Source: an uncultured virus (IMG/VR IMGVR_UViG_3300033074_001867)
Taxonomy: Duplodnaviria > Heunggongvirae > Uroviricota > Caudoviricetes
Length of the DNA: 64,000 nucleotides
Strand: one strand, 5' to 3'
IMG/VR virus record: IMGVR_UViG_3300033074_001867
Shown here in pieces: positions 48,301-56,859 of the stretch. The translations under genes were made by a program, and so were the position numbers. Each line of letters begins with the position of its first letter. Position 1 is the first letter of the stretch. The notes beneath the pieces were generated by a model. It was not told the DNA's origin, made no database searches, and saw only the letters and a list, made by a program, of their open reading frames with translations.

Positions 48301-49809
48301 GAATACAAAAAAAGACTGGATGCTCAGATCGCAGAAGTAGAAAGAGAACTTGCTACCGGCGATTTTGCGAAGGAAGAGAAAGCGGAACCTTTTAAACTTG
48401 ATAAAGAAACGCTGGAACTTCAGGACAAATACATGCAGTTAAGCATGGAAAGGGAAGCAAGGCTTTTGAAAGAAGAGTATGCTCAGAGATCAAAATCAGA
48501 AAAAGCAGGTGATATCGCACTTTCTCTATTGAATGCCCCTATGACTTTAATGAGTGGTGGTGATTTATCTGCTGTTCTTCGTCAGGGGTTAGTTGCTTCT
48601 ACTGCCCATCCAATACTAGCAGCAAGAGCAGGAAAGCAGATGCTAAAATTCTTTAAATCTCAGAAGGATTTTGATAGATGGCATTTTGAAACAAAGAATG
48701 ATCCAAGGTATTTAGCAGCCAAAGAAGCCGGACTTGCTATTGTTGACCCAAAAGATCCGAAACTTGCAGCCAGGGAAGAGGCATTTATGGGAAATATCGT
48801 AGAGAAAATTCCTTTGTATGGTAGCGGTATCCGGCTTGCGAAGATAAAAGATGGCAAATTGGTTCGGACAGAAGGAGAATACGGTGGATTGGTAAAAGCA
48901 AGTGAACGTGCCTATGTAGGGTTTTTGAATAAAATGCGTTGGGATGTTTATAATCAGTTTGCTGAACGATTAGAAGCAAGAGGTATTACTTTTGAAAATA
49001 GTCCTACTACGTACAAAAAGTTGGCATCGTATGTTAATGATTCTACCGGAAGAGGAAATGTAAGTAAGGGAATTGAACGTCTTGCTCCAGCCCTGAATGC
49101 TACCTTTTTCTCTCCTCGTTTGTGGGCTTCTCGTCTGAAACTACTTAGTAATTGGGCAAATCCATGGTGGTACAAGAATGTACCTGCGGAAGTCCGTAGA
49201 TTCTACTGGGAAGACATGGGAAAATTCACTGCAACGGTAGCAACAGTCTATTTCCTTTCAAAAATGAATGGTCAGCAGGTGGAAACCGATATTCGTTCTT
49301 CAGACTTTTTAAAGATCCGGGACGGAAAGAAGCGTTATGATATTCTTGGAGGTTTTCAACAGCCGATCAGAACACTGGGGCAATATGCAACAGGTCAGAA
49401 AAAAGATATCGATTCAGGAGAAATTACAGAATTAACGGACAAGGATAAGTCACTTCCAAACAGACTGTTAGAACAAAAACGACTAGCGGTATTATTACAG
49501 CATATCAGAGGAAAATTATCTCCGGTGCCGGCAGCATTTACTGATTTTGGTATGGGACGTATGATGGATTATTCAGAACCTACGGTAGAGAAAGAGATCA
49601 TGCGGATGATTGTTCCTCTTGCATGGCAGGATATAACATCTGCTTATGGTGAAGAAGGCGCTAAGGCATTTTTAACTACCGGCGTTCCTACGATGTTAGG
49701 TATCAGTGCAAGTACTTATAAGGACAGACCCAAAGAAGAGACTGCAGAAAAACCTGACAAGCCCGAAAAACCGAAGAAAAAGAAAAGAAACAGGTCGGGT
49801 TTTAATTAA
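42373..49809 (+). CDS. giant polyvalent cargo protein with TPR-like region and ART-PolyVal-like ADP-ribosyltransferase domain
   Basis: 2478 aa; FKEWFGDW...SKV...GEPLVVYHGS...GFFFS...VFLNMKKP...GHDGVII...IIFKPDQ. Confidence 0.75.
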   Translation: MGKWDKYAVEDTVVAEGGSKWDKYAVEETVTETPAKQTINETVTDIPAESSIPTVTMDANDGLVPEGSGEFDIKNPTKATGVINIPKGGVTSVALQVEQDKYNRSPEVIAENQKTVNLQDSKRKIIEDNKTKIRNLGLSTSFAAANQDPMEGQQQQQIEGGLPGNAVEAAPTDFETGLNEILNPKELSSTALLDDNDRKELLEYADKINKYAPAIQQLGKQLEQAPDDVKTLNDLADNLSAIDDKQTALSLYSKANAIKENGQSLMGLGNVYLQAGQDEEAIKAFSEAFDKDGNPDALIKAAYTGSRMDNFEGSDKILKEVKKEFPNYSYSYALSAYNKEASGDVSGAKVDNAIYENLRQMELLPESVNADDPNSDYAKERASQQARMGNVAAAIATPINFFGEMEMGAIKGGIKGLKKIGQGAYDLAMPNSAIVGNKSDDKIGAILNIANGAAETVFSGAMAMTPVVNAGFHMLPESVNKVLMQPLNVIGDLSDEELASYSKNTQGMFALGNTLASILLLGAVHKGPKKFTAKENEAILNIVKGEAIEGEGLSLKGIVDKAKKVLEESKLTDFQDAEKVWTSIPKDLSTQDKLVVAPDLIKREQLQEEMAKASPAFKNYFKEKIDKVDEDINAKLSINLGLKEQAAEKTKSAEAPPKTITNETVKTSKVEEGSGSKQAEVIRKDEVGQEVLIPEYSEKLKDVSPETKVVDLPDGISVEFNGEKGTIGRSETGETLFINAEGKETIVGGGGDVSTLAEKGISRTEGTYSDKRGDYYVKDGRVFEVTKDGLKPVYEGEKANVERKEAIIRKALNPEKPKEKIVEPVVEEKPIEVKLEEIKTEPVAETPKVVADTPSSRPIEKFESEVAFEEAGSGHNVLFTDKDGKKSVVGKVFGTEGKTGAEFDSWVKPQIEAIHYKEVVKAVERGDVVPKEVLDHYLSSKIEGDYNGMLAEAIKSVKENGPKKEIFSEQEIGEVMDKRAEELSQMKRTKDYVFQLIHDNFGGITEAQWNRFGDSGWLKGKEGKKFRKKYIKNDAGKTDTNDFGSFSLSSGEGSSIEITPQNVVDYIMDREFNPKKYDGRLKQWNDAASIPKKDVPSLLSGDDAMVLSIAESNRGLGMTDLEVDTIKRYVESKAKNEARAKNTKPRSAESTPKSEGVAAKSERVGRKPGEKAQKKKDEAKSVKAEESKYVEAEKKISKIFDTLRAKLIADLPEGTKKSGVGAKEVLDAAEKIVKAALKAGEAIEKAIQKGKDYINENWKKEFGDIENIIGKESEVKPKGLNQDQLKIAESKDFKEWFGDWEKKEGSVSKVINKDGEPLVVYHGSPKIFSDFNSNKLGEYTGADLSKEGFFFSDKKSVSETYRKAAVLDSPNLSKLNNALGKLTDKKLIKLLNKVFGYGESQFEGTSKKDLIEEIFRDVEIDSEGVYSDRRKYIEGVSEFLKKEGIEFNPYKDIGSTNSVFLNMKKPFTLDAKGEDVQQLELSDIFKKIKKEGHDGVIIKNAYDAVVFEEKGFDNIKSNLYIIFKPDQAKIINNANRVFEKDNLSKYYGAEKSVKAAFEKLREKLIPKLPEGTEKMGLGMEELLNAAEKVIIGAIRAGEKIDVAISKGLDHLKEKWDDSFGEFPEKELRDILKENGEIQLSHEKIDALREKHGLEEREINDPVSVEKTRAEAQKIIKKGFDVIKLSNDVLKKERTITPVERAILAERVAILNKELLEGDTASPEYAKKLEELDKISKAAAIANSAAGSSLGSIAHLKVVPDESLAGYFQEQRRVNKEGALTEKQTATNKKEFEEITKVKEAYEKKIAKLQEDNNRLKAEKQLEKLSKKTSKRTAKEKLDEDFDLLAKEFSSIAKNTLNAGINPELIPVVLKMVKNRVEKGVITLSEVVDAVHEKVGEFGISKEDIIAAIAGKSGVERTRSEVAKNGYELKQEARLVQKLMDLQNGKEPSSERGKIQKNARLEELRKQIKEHDLTKLAEYKKRLDAQIAEVERELATGDFAKEEKAEPFKLDKETLELQDKYMQLSMEREARLLKEEYAQRSKSEKAGDIALSLLNAPMTLMSGGDLSAVLRQGLVASTAHPILAARAGKQMLKFFKSQKDFDRWHFETKNDPRYLAAKEAGLAIVDPKDPKLAAREEAFMGNIVEKIPLYGSGIRLAKIKDGKLVRTEGEYGGLVKASERAYVGFLNKMRWDVYNQFAERLEARGITFENSPTTYKKLASYVNDSTGRGNVSKGIERLAPALNATFFSPRLWASRLKLLSNWANPWWYKNVPAEVRRFYWEDMGKFTATVATVYFLSKMNGQQVETDIRSSDFLKIRDGKKRYDILGGFQQPIRTLGQYATGQKKDIDSGEITELTDKDKSLPNRLLEQKRLAVLLQHIRGKLSPVPAAFTDFGMGRMMDYSEPTVEKEIMRMIVPLAWQDITSAYGEEGAKAFLTTGVPTMLGISASTYKDRPKEETAEKPDKPEKPKKKKRNRSGFN

Positions 49810-49814
49810 AAACC

Positions 49815-49870
49815 TAAGCGACAAAATTTATAATAGGTTGTAATTTCAAAAGTCTTTGAATATACATTTG
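49815..49870 (+). promoter_or_regulatory. putative late promoter
   Basis: TAAGCGACAAAATTT 48 nt before TACATTTG. Confidence 0.65.
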
Positions 49871-49875
49871 TTCAA

Positions 49876-50493
49876 ATGGCGTTAGAAATCGACTTCCAAA
49901 TAGTAGAATCACCTGAATCAGATGCGATCTGGATTTTTGATACTACCGGATTTTATCATGTTACTAACAATCCTACGGGATGGGGTGGCGTGAATCCTTC
50001 CACTACTGATGTAACTACATGCACGATCGTAGTAACTCTTCCTGATCCGGCAACGCTTCAGGTGTCTACTGATCCTGCACTGCAATTTACCTTCACTGGC
50101 TCACCACTTCCTAACTTAATAGGAAACAAACGGATTTTACTTAATACGGTGCTTGGCCTTGCTGCTGATCAGAATCTGATCGATGGAAATTATCAGTTTG
50201 ATATTACGGTATCAGGAACTTTTAATGCAGTTGCCTTCAGCCAGACCTTTACTACTGTTCAATGTTTCTTGGGTCAGCTTCAGTGTTGTTCCCAGAAAGC
50301 TACGGTAAGTGCGGATATGAGTGATGTGAACTGTGCCCCTTGCAGGGAAAAATTCTATAAGATCATGCTGATCAACTTAGGTGTTGAAGGTGTAATTGCC
50401 AATAACGCATGTGGAAAGCCGAACAAAGCCCTTGAAATATTAAAAACAGCAACAGGACTCTGCGAAGATTGCGGATGTTCGGGTTGTAATTAA
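49876..50493 (+). CDS. tail hub / fibre-attachment protein
   Basis: DTTG.Y...NPTGWG, DG.Y.F motifs; Cys-rich C-terminus. Confidence 0.55.
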   Translation: MALEIDFQIVESPESDAIWIFDTTGFYHVTNNPTGWGGVNPSTTDVTTCTIVVTLPDPATLQVSTDPALQFTFTGSPLPNLIGNKRILLNTVLGLAADQNLIDGNYQFDITVSGTFNAVAFSQTFTTVQCFLGQLQCCSQKATVSADMSDVNCAPCREKFYKIMLINLGVEGVIANNACGKPNKALEILKTATGLCEDCGCSGCN

Positions 50494-50507
50494 AAACGAA
50501 CTAAGAA

Positions 50508-51131
50508 ATGTGTGCAACAGGAACATGCGATGATTGCCTTCGGAATGTAGCGGTATTAAGAGGACTTAATGGACATGATGGTATCGATGGAAATCGTATC
50601 GAGATCGGAACAGGTGCTCCCAATGATGCTGATTATACCGATGATGATTTTTATATTGACCGTAATCCGCCACTGAACTTTTATCATAAAGTAGCAGGGG
50701 ACTGGATCTTGATTGGCCGTCTGATGGGAGTTGATGGCAATGGATTTTTATTGACAGAAACGACACTGGTGACCTCAGCACAGTTACTTGCTTCAGCCAC
50801 TACTCCACCGATCATTACCCAGGCAGCGCCTACAGGATATGCTATTATCCCGGTATCTATTACCGGATCACTTCGCTATAATTCCATTCCTTATCAGGCA
50901 ACAAATGGATTATCAGTAAGATATAATGACAATGCCAATACGTTTGTGGGTACCTGGACACCGGCATTTATTCAAAATACATTAAGTGGTATTGGAACAG
51001 TTGCGATATCTCCTCCTATTATTGCTATTACTGGAGTGGCACTGAACATAAAACCTGGTATTCAGGGAGTGATCACATCGGGTAATTCAGACTTACTTGT
51101 ACGAGTAGTTTACTACATAACACCTCTTTAA
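50508..51131 (+). CDS. tail fibre-associated protein
   Basis: short Gxx repeats, GTGAP...DFYID motif, C-terminal beta domain. Confidence 0.6.
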   Translation: MCATGTCDDCLRNVAVLRGLNGHDGIDGNRIEIGTGAPNDADYTDDDFYIDRNPPLNFYHKVAGDWILIGRLMGVDGNGFLLTETTLVTSAQLLASATTPPIITQAAPTGYAIIPVSITGSLRYNSIPYQATNGLSVRYNDNANTFVGTWTPAFIQNTLSGIGTVAISPPIIAITGVALNIKPGIQGVITSGNSDLLVRVVYYITPL

Positions 51132-51133
51132 AC

Positions 51134-54100
51134 TTGGGAAAAGCATCGGATAAGATACAATTATTGGCGATGTACGGGTCAAAAGCCTTTACATCTGCTT
51201 CTACCAATACGTTTTCCTCTAACTATGTCGGTAATTCGGCAGCGGAGGATCAGAGGATTGCTTTATGGAAAGCCCGTGGGAATAATCTGGTTTACTTAAC
51301 CAACACAAACTTTATCTCTACCGGTGGATTTATGGGTAGTACTTATACTACTTCCGGCAAAGCAAAACTAAAGTCCTTCATTAAAAAATGCTATGATCAA
51401 GGGATTGCAATTGGTGTAGTAGGTGGTATTGCTTATGGTACCGGTCCTGCTTACGGTGATGCTGCTTATAATCCGGGTCCTGCTCAACGTGTAGTAAACT
51501 ACAATGCAGGAGTAGCTTTTGATGAAAAAATACAGAACTTTTTAATAGAAGAAGAATACTGGCGAGAGATTGGTGGAAACATGACGTTTGCTCAGTTTTT
51601 ACCTGCTTGTCAGAATATCTATAATATCCTTCACCCTGCAGGAGTTTCTAATGATATTTACTTTGTACGGAACGCTCCGGGCGAAGCAGCACAACTTGCT
51701 CCTTACATCGATATCTGGTGGATGACCATGTATTTGTCTGCTGCCGGTGGTGACAATCAAATCAGATATGACAAGATCCGTCCATGGATACAGGAATTGG
51801 CTGCAACATTGCCGGCAACTCCGCATAAAGTAGGTGGACTGATCTCCCTTGAAAGTTATTCGTATAACAAAACAGGTGGAAATGATTCTGCTTCCAACTT
51901 TGTCGGTTATCAGGCGGAAGGCCGTAGGATCGGTGCTCCTTTTGTTAATCCGCAGCCAATTGTTACCTCTGCCAAAAACTTTAATCAGTTAGCAGATAAA
52001 GTCACTCACAATGGAACAGTGGGTCTTCCTCCTATTGACTTCAATTCAGAGCCGGCATCGGTAACGAATTATATCAATTGGATGGGAATCCAGGTATTTG
52101 ATGATGACCTTAACCCTAATTTACCACGGATCTTAGATGCTAATACCAATCAGGTATTTGCTTTTGGTGACGGTTCTCCGCAGGATGCAGTAGAATTTGG
52201 TGTAGCCCAGCAGGTAGCAGGACTTGTGCCTCAGAATGCCGCACGTTTCCTTTATTTAGGAGATGTGTACAATACAGGAACACAAGCCGAATTTATCCAG
52301 AATACTTTTTCTTTTGATAAACTCTACGGTACCCAGAGTACTCATAATTTACTGATCTTAACTTCTGCTACTCCCGGACAACGGGAATGGGCGAACAGAT
52401 CGGTCGGTTATGATCCGTATTGGAATGGGTCGCTTGCAGGAGTAGGTTCTGTACAACCGAACTGGGATGGCGATCGAACGATCACCAATCCTCACTATTA
52501 CTCTTTTTATCTTCCTGCTGACGATGGCACGTTGTGGAAATTTATCTCTATCAATTCGATGGAAGATGGTTTTCCCAATGGTGGCGTTACGGTAGGAAGT
52601 ACAATGTATAACTGGCTGGTGAATGAATTAAATGATTCATCAGTAGGAAGACGAAAGATCGTTTTCTGTCATCACCCTCGATTCTCTTCTGACGGCACCT
52701 ATGGCGATAATGCCAATATGCAACCGGTATGGGATGCCATGCAGAACAAGGCGATGATCTTGTTATCTGGTCGTGTTCATAACTATCAGCGGATGAACAT
52801 GCGTGATTCCGGTGGTAATGTGGTAGTCGGTGGTGGTGTGTACCAGGTGATCTCCGGAACAGGAGGGACAGCCACTTTTGGTTTTGCCGCAAGTTATTTA
52901 GCAGGAGCAATTGGTTACAGAGCGACTAACAATGGAGCAACCCGGTTAACATTATATAATGATCACGTTGATGTATGCTTTGTCAGAAATGACGGAGTGG
53001 TGCTTGACTGTGCTTCTTTACCGGTAGCAACTACTATTCCTCCTATTGTCTATGCGGGACCTGATCAATCGATCACTCTTCCAGCACTGGCTACTATGGC
53101 AGGAACGGCAACGGATACCAATACGCCTTCTTTAACGTTAATAAATATCTGGACAAAGACTTCCGGGCCAGGGACAGTAGTGTTCACCGATCCGAATTCT
53201 CTGACTACAACGGTCAGTTTTTCGGCTCCCGGAACGTATGTGCTACGTCTTACTTCCAATAACGGACAAAATTCATCTTTTGATGAAATGACCGTTACAG
53301 TAGGATCCGCTGCGGCGACAAAACTGGTGATAGTTCAAAGTAATCCGGTGGGAGTAACGATTGCCATGAGTATCACTGATATTGGTGGTAATGGTAATGG
53401 AGTAACGAATTTCTCACGTACCTATTTACAAGCATCGACACCTGCATTAACAGCACCTTCTACTTTTGGTAGTTACGTGTTCATAAAATGGCTGAAAGAT
53501 GGAGTAGATTTTTCCTATGGACTAACTATTACAGCAAGTGATACGATCAACCGTAGTTATACTGCTATTTATGCACTGACTCCGAATGTGGGGTATGTGG
53601 TAACAATTAACAGTACTCCAAATGCGGGAGTAACGGTTGGTGGAACCTTCCCTGGCTTTCTTCCGCAATCAGGATATGTGATAGGTGGAGATACGGTCAC
53701 TCTTTCTGCTCCTGCTACTTTTAACGGGAACGCCTTTGTAGAATGGCAAAAGAACGGAGTGACTTTATCGGCAAGTCGGAATACAACGAATGTTGTTACA
53801 GCTGATTCTACCTATACTGCAGTTTATGCTCCGGGTGTAACAGAATATGCGGCGGTTTTTTATGCAACTTATGGCGCTACTTATTTTGATCCGGTAAAAG
53901 TGACCTATGTGGGGTCGGAAAACTCTTATATTAGTATCTCTACCGGACTTCCTAGTACTTCGCTGAATTATGAACGGTCAACACTTGCCGGAGTTGGAGT
54001 GGACTTTTTTGTAGAATGTGGTCAGATTTATATAATTACAGGAAATGGGGATGGTAGCGGAAACGTATTCTCCTCTGTTCTTTCAGTTCCTTTTAAAGCG

Positions 54101-56356
54101 CTTCCTTCTGCTCAGATACAGATTACTCAGCCTACTGTTATTGGTGGTACAGGGCAATATATTATTTCTTCTCCGGGAGCTACGCCTTATAACGTTGTTC
54201 CGCTTGGTCAGGGAACGGCTGCGGGTGTGCTTTATACCTCAGCAGCACTGGTAGCGGGAAGTTACTCTCATGTAGTGGGATTAACAGCGATTGAAAGTGC
54301 AATTTTAACGAACTTAATTATTGACGGCGATCTTGCAACAGATCCGTTTGCACTAGCAGTTCCATGGACAACTACAGGAACAGCAGCGTATGATTTGACT
54401 TATCAGACGGTGGTTATTCCGGCGGCTTCTGCAGAATCAATTACGATTCCTATCAATACGGCTACAAGCCCTGCTTCAACAGTGAGGTGGCTGGTAGGTG
54501 TCTGGTATGGAGATGAAGGTGGTAGCGCAATTGCAGCGGGTGCGGTAGAGATTTTCTATAATGGAGTACTGGTCGTTAGTTCTATTAATATAATGACACA
54601 GTTTCTATCGGCAGTAATTACTCCGATAGCAGGATTGTATAATTTTCAAGTCGTATTTGATGGAACAGCAGCAGTAGATGTAAGTATTTACAGAACAGTT
54701 GTATATGAATATGATGTTACGTTTGATGCAGTACTTGTAGATCCGGCATCGGTAACAGCAACAGAGGTAATTACCAATGTGACTTGTAACGGTGGTGGCG
54801 ATGGAAAAATAGTACTGACAACAAGTGGTGGTGCTGCTCCTTATACTTATCTCTGGACAAAGACGGGATTCCCTTCCAATGTTTATCCGAATTCAGCGAC
54901 ATTAACTGCTCTTGATGCAGGAACCTATAATGTACTGATTACCGATAACAACGGCGATACATTTACCGATAGTTATGTAGTCACAGAGCCGGCGGCAATT
55001 GTTCCGGTAGTAACGCCTACTAATGTTACGTGCAACGGAGCAGCCAATGGAATGGTGAGCTTTAGTGCAAGCGGAGGAACGGGACCTTATACGTATGTAG
55101 TGGATGGCGTAACACTTCCTTCTAATAGTGCTAACAATCTTGATATTGGTCCGCACAGTTACCTGGTGATCGATTCCAATGGATGTACAGTCTCTGGTAA
55201 TTTTACGATCACTCAGCCGGGAGCATTGACTTCTTCTTTAGCGATCACGGATGTAGTGTGTTATGGAGGTTCTTCGGGGCAATTGGTGGTTACAGCGGGT
55301 GGCGGAACAGCTCCTTATACGTATTCGTATGATGGTGCCGGATATATTTCAAGTAATACTAAAACCGGTTTATCAGCAGGAGCACATACTGTAATTGTAA
55401 AAGATGCGAACAACTGTTTAAAGTCTACGGATTACTTCGTAGGTCAGCCAACAGATATTGTAGTTACTAAAACAGTAACAAATCCTAGTTATACCGGAGC
55501 TTCAGACGGTTCGATCGCTCTTGCTATTTCAGGAGGAGCTTATCCTATTGTAACAACATGGGCGGATGGAACGGTGTTTACACTTGCTTCTGCAGGAAGT
55601 ATCTTATATGATGGTCTTGCAGCAGGAACATATACAGCAACGGTAGTAGATGCCAATGGTTGTACTAAAAACGTATCTCAGGCACTTGTTGATCCGCCGG
55701 ATGTACCACCGGTAGAGCCACCGAATGATGTGGATGTGGACAGGTTCTCTGTAATTGCCAATTGCTGTTTAGGAGATAAGATCTATGAAGTGTTCAAAGG
55801 CTATGCAAATGGGCACGTAGCACTGGATTGTATTGCATATCCTGCGATGTTACTGAGTAAAAAAGTGAATTTACTTCGCAAGTGGTACACATTAGGTCAG
55901 ACCCTTGGCGGGGCAAAAGGAATATTTGTATTCTCGCTCCCTGTCTTTATTGGAAGAACGATCGTTGTTTCAATGGTAGGGCTTCCAACGGTGACGTATG
56001 TAGGAATAAACTCAATCACAAACATTACATTATTTATAGCCGCATTGACCACAGCGGGGTATGATGTGGAATATGAGTCGGATTCAGGATTGATATTTAT
56101 TTATTCTCCTATGAATTCGTTTTACAACGGAATAGTTCCATCTGTACTTATTACAGAAACAGCAAATGGCAGACCTGTAAAGAGTGGTGTATTAAGCACA
56201 ACAGGTTTCATGGGTGCGGCAACACCGTGTGTGACAAGTGATAAATTTACTCCCAACTGTTTATCGGTAGAGGACAAGAACTTACTTATTGAACAGATCC
56301 GTGTGGCGTGCGATTCATGCTTGTGCGGAGATTATAAAATAAAAGACAGAATATGA
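51134..56356 (+). CDS. multidomain tail spike/fibre: GH-like barrel, metallophosphoesterase-like, PKD/Ig, SprB repeats
   Basis: GD / GDVY / HHP phosphoesterase motifs; AGPDQSITLP Ig domain; four NVTCNG...SGG..PYTY-type SprB repeats. Confidence 0.75.
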   Translation: MGKASDKIQLLAMYGSKAFTSASTNTFSSNYVGNSAAEDQRIALWKARGNNLVYLTNTNFISTGGFMGSTYTTSGKAKLKSFIKKCYDQGIAIGVVGGIAYGTGPAYGDAAYNPGPAQRVVNYNAGVAFDEKIQNFLIEEEYWREIGGNMTFAQFLPACQNIYNILHPAGVSNDIYFVRNAPGEAAQLAPYIDIWWMTMYLSAAGGDNQIRYDKIRPWIQELAATLPATPHKVGGLISLESYSYNKTGGNDSASNFVGYQAEGRRIGAPFVNPQPIVTSAKNFNQLADKVTHNGTVGLPPIDFNSEPASVTNYINWMGIQVFDDDLNPNLPRILDANTNQVFAFGDGSPQDAVEFGVAQQVAGLVPQNAARFLYLGDVYNTGTQAEFIQNTFSFDKLYGTQSTHNLLILTSATPGQREWANRSVGYDPYWNGSLAGVGSVQPNWDGDRTITNPHYYSFYLPADDGTLWKFISINSMEDGFPNGGVTVGSTMYNWLVNELNDSSVGRRKIVFCHHPRFSSDGTYGDNANMQPVWDAMQNKAMILLSGRVHNYQRMNMRDSGGNVVVGGGVYQVISGTGGTATFGFAASYLAGAIGYRATNNGATRLTLYNDHVDVCFVRNDGVVLDCASLPVATTIPPIVYAGPDQSITLPALATMAGTATDTNTPSLTLINIWTKTSGPGTVVFTDPNSLTTTVSFSAPGTYVLRLTSNNGQNSSFDEMTVTVGSAAATKLVIVQSNPVGVTIAMSITDIGGNGNGVTNFSRTYLQASTPALTAPSTFGSYVFIKWLKDGVDFSYGLTITASDTINRSYTAIYALTPNVGYVVTINSTPNAGVTVGGTFPGFLPQSGYVIGGDTVTLSAPATFNGNAFVEWQKNGVTLSASRNTTNVVTADSTYTAVYAPGVTEYAAVFYATYGATYFDPVKVTYVGSENSYISISTGLPSTSLNYERSTLAGVGVDFFVECGQIYIITGNGDGSGNVFSSVLSVPFKALPSAQIQITQPTVIGGTGQYIISSPGATPYNVVPLGQGTAAGVLYTSAALVAGSYSHVVGLTAIESAILTNLIIDGDLATDPFALAVPWTTTGTAAYDLTYQTVVIPAASAESITIPINTATSPASTVRWLVGVWYGDEGGSAIAAGAVEIFYNGVLVVSSINIMTQFLSAVITPIAGLYNFQVVFDGTAAVDVSIYRTVVYEYDVTFDAVLVDPASVTATEVITNVTCNGGGDGKIVLTTSGGAAPYTYLWTKTGFPSNVYPNSATLTALDAGTYNVLITDNNGDTFTDSYVVTEPAAIVPVVTPTNVTCNGAANGMVSFSASGGTGPYTYVVDGVTLPSNSANNLDIGPHSYLVIDSNGCTVSGNFTITQPGALTSSLAITDVVCYGGSSGQLVVTAGGGTAPYTYSYDGAGYISSNTKTGLSAGAHTVIVKDANNCLKSTDYFVGQPTDIVVTKTVTNPSYTGASDGSIALAISGGAYPIVTTWADGTVFTLASAGSILYDGLAAGTYTATVVDANGCTKNVSQALVDPPDVPPVEPPNDVDVDRFSVIANCCLGDKIYEVFKGYANGHVALDCIAYPAMLLSKKVNLLRKWYTLGQTLGGAKGIFVFSLPVFIGRTIVVSMVGLPTVTYVGINSITNITLFIAALTTAGYDVEYESDSGLIFIYSPMNSFYNGIVPSVLITETANGRPVKSGVLSTTGFMGAATPCVTSDKFTPNCLSVEDKNLLIEQIRVACDSCLCGDYKIKDRI

Positions 56357-56859
56357 CAACGGCAAAACAAAAGATATACGATGGGTTCTATACTCTGGTA
56401 AATTCTTCTCAGGTATCCGGTATTGATATTTGGAGAGCGATCTCTAATATTAGCGGTATTACGGCAATTGAAGAGATGAAGGTCTCTATCAGTGCCGAAG
56501 CATTGAAGGGAATTGCCTCTTCTCCATTTATTCTGATTTCTGCTCAGGGAGCAGGAACAGCGATACAGGTGATTTCTGCGTCAGCACGGGTAAATTTCGG
56601 CACGGAGATCTTTGATTCCGGAAAAGATCTGTCTATCTGTTCGGCAGGGCAGCTGGTGAGTCAGTTTGCTTGTCCGGGAGTATTACAAGCTACGCATGAC
56701 GGACTATGGGTATTTTCTCCGCCAGCTACAGCAGATGCTCACGAAGATGCGATGGAAGTAAATACTGCATTGGTGATCTATGATCCTACGGGAACAGATT
56801 CTACCGATGGAGATTCTACAATTGACATTTATCTATCTTATAAAGTAATTACACTATAA
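56353..56859 (+). CDS. tail-associated beta protein, paralog of the 50508 C-terminal domain
   Basis: VSISAEAL...SSP.ILI.A.G.G.AI..IS...GDS.I.I..SY aligns to the 50508 product. Confidence 0.6.
   Translation: MTTAKQKIYDGFYTLVNSSQVSGIDIWRAISNISGITAIEEMKVSISAEALKGIASSPFILISAQGAGTAIQVISASARVNFGTEIFDSGKDLSICSAGQLVSQFACPGVLQATHDGLWVFSPPATADAHEDAMEVNTALVIYDPTGTDSTDGDSTIDIYLSYKVITL

Noticed and set aside
26050..55156. Many antisense ORFs over structural genes (e.g. 26050-26409, 30258-30710, 41545-41961)
   Set aside because: Shadows of biased sense-strand coding with no independent signals
20927..56356. Stop-codon reassignment as in some crAss-like phages
   Set aside because: Long genes are intact in the standard code, TGA terminates coupled genes, and no suppressor tRNA is seen
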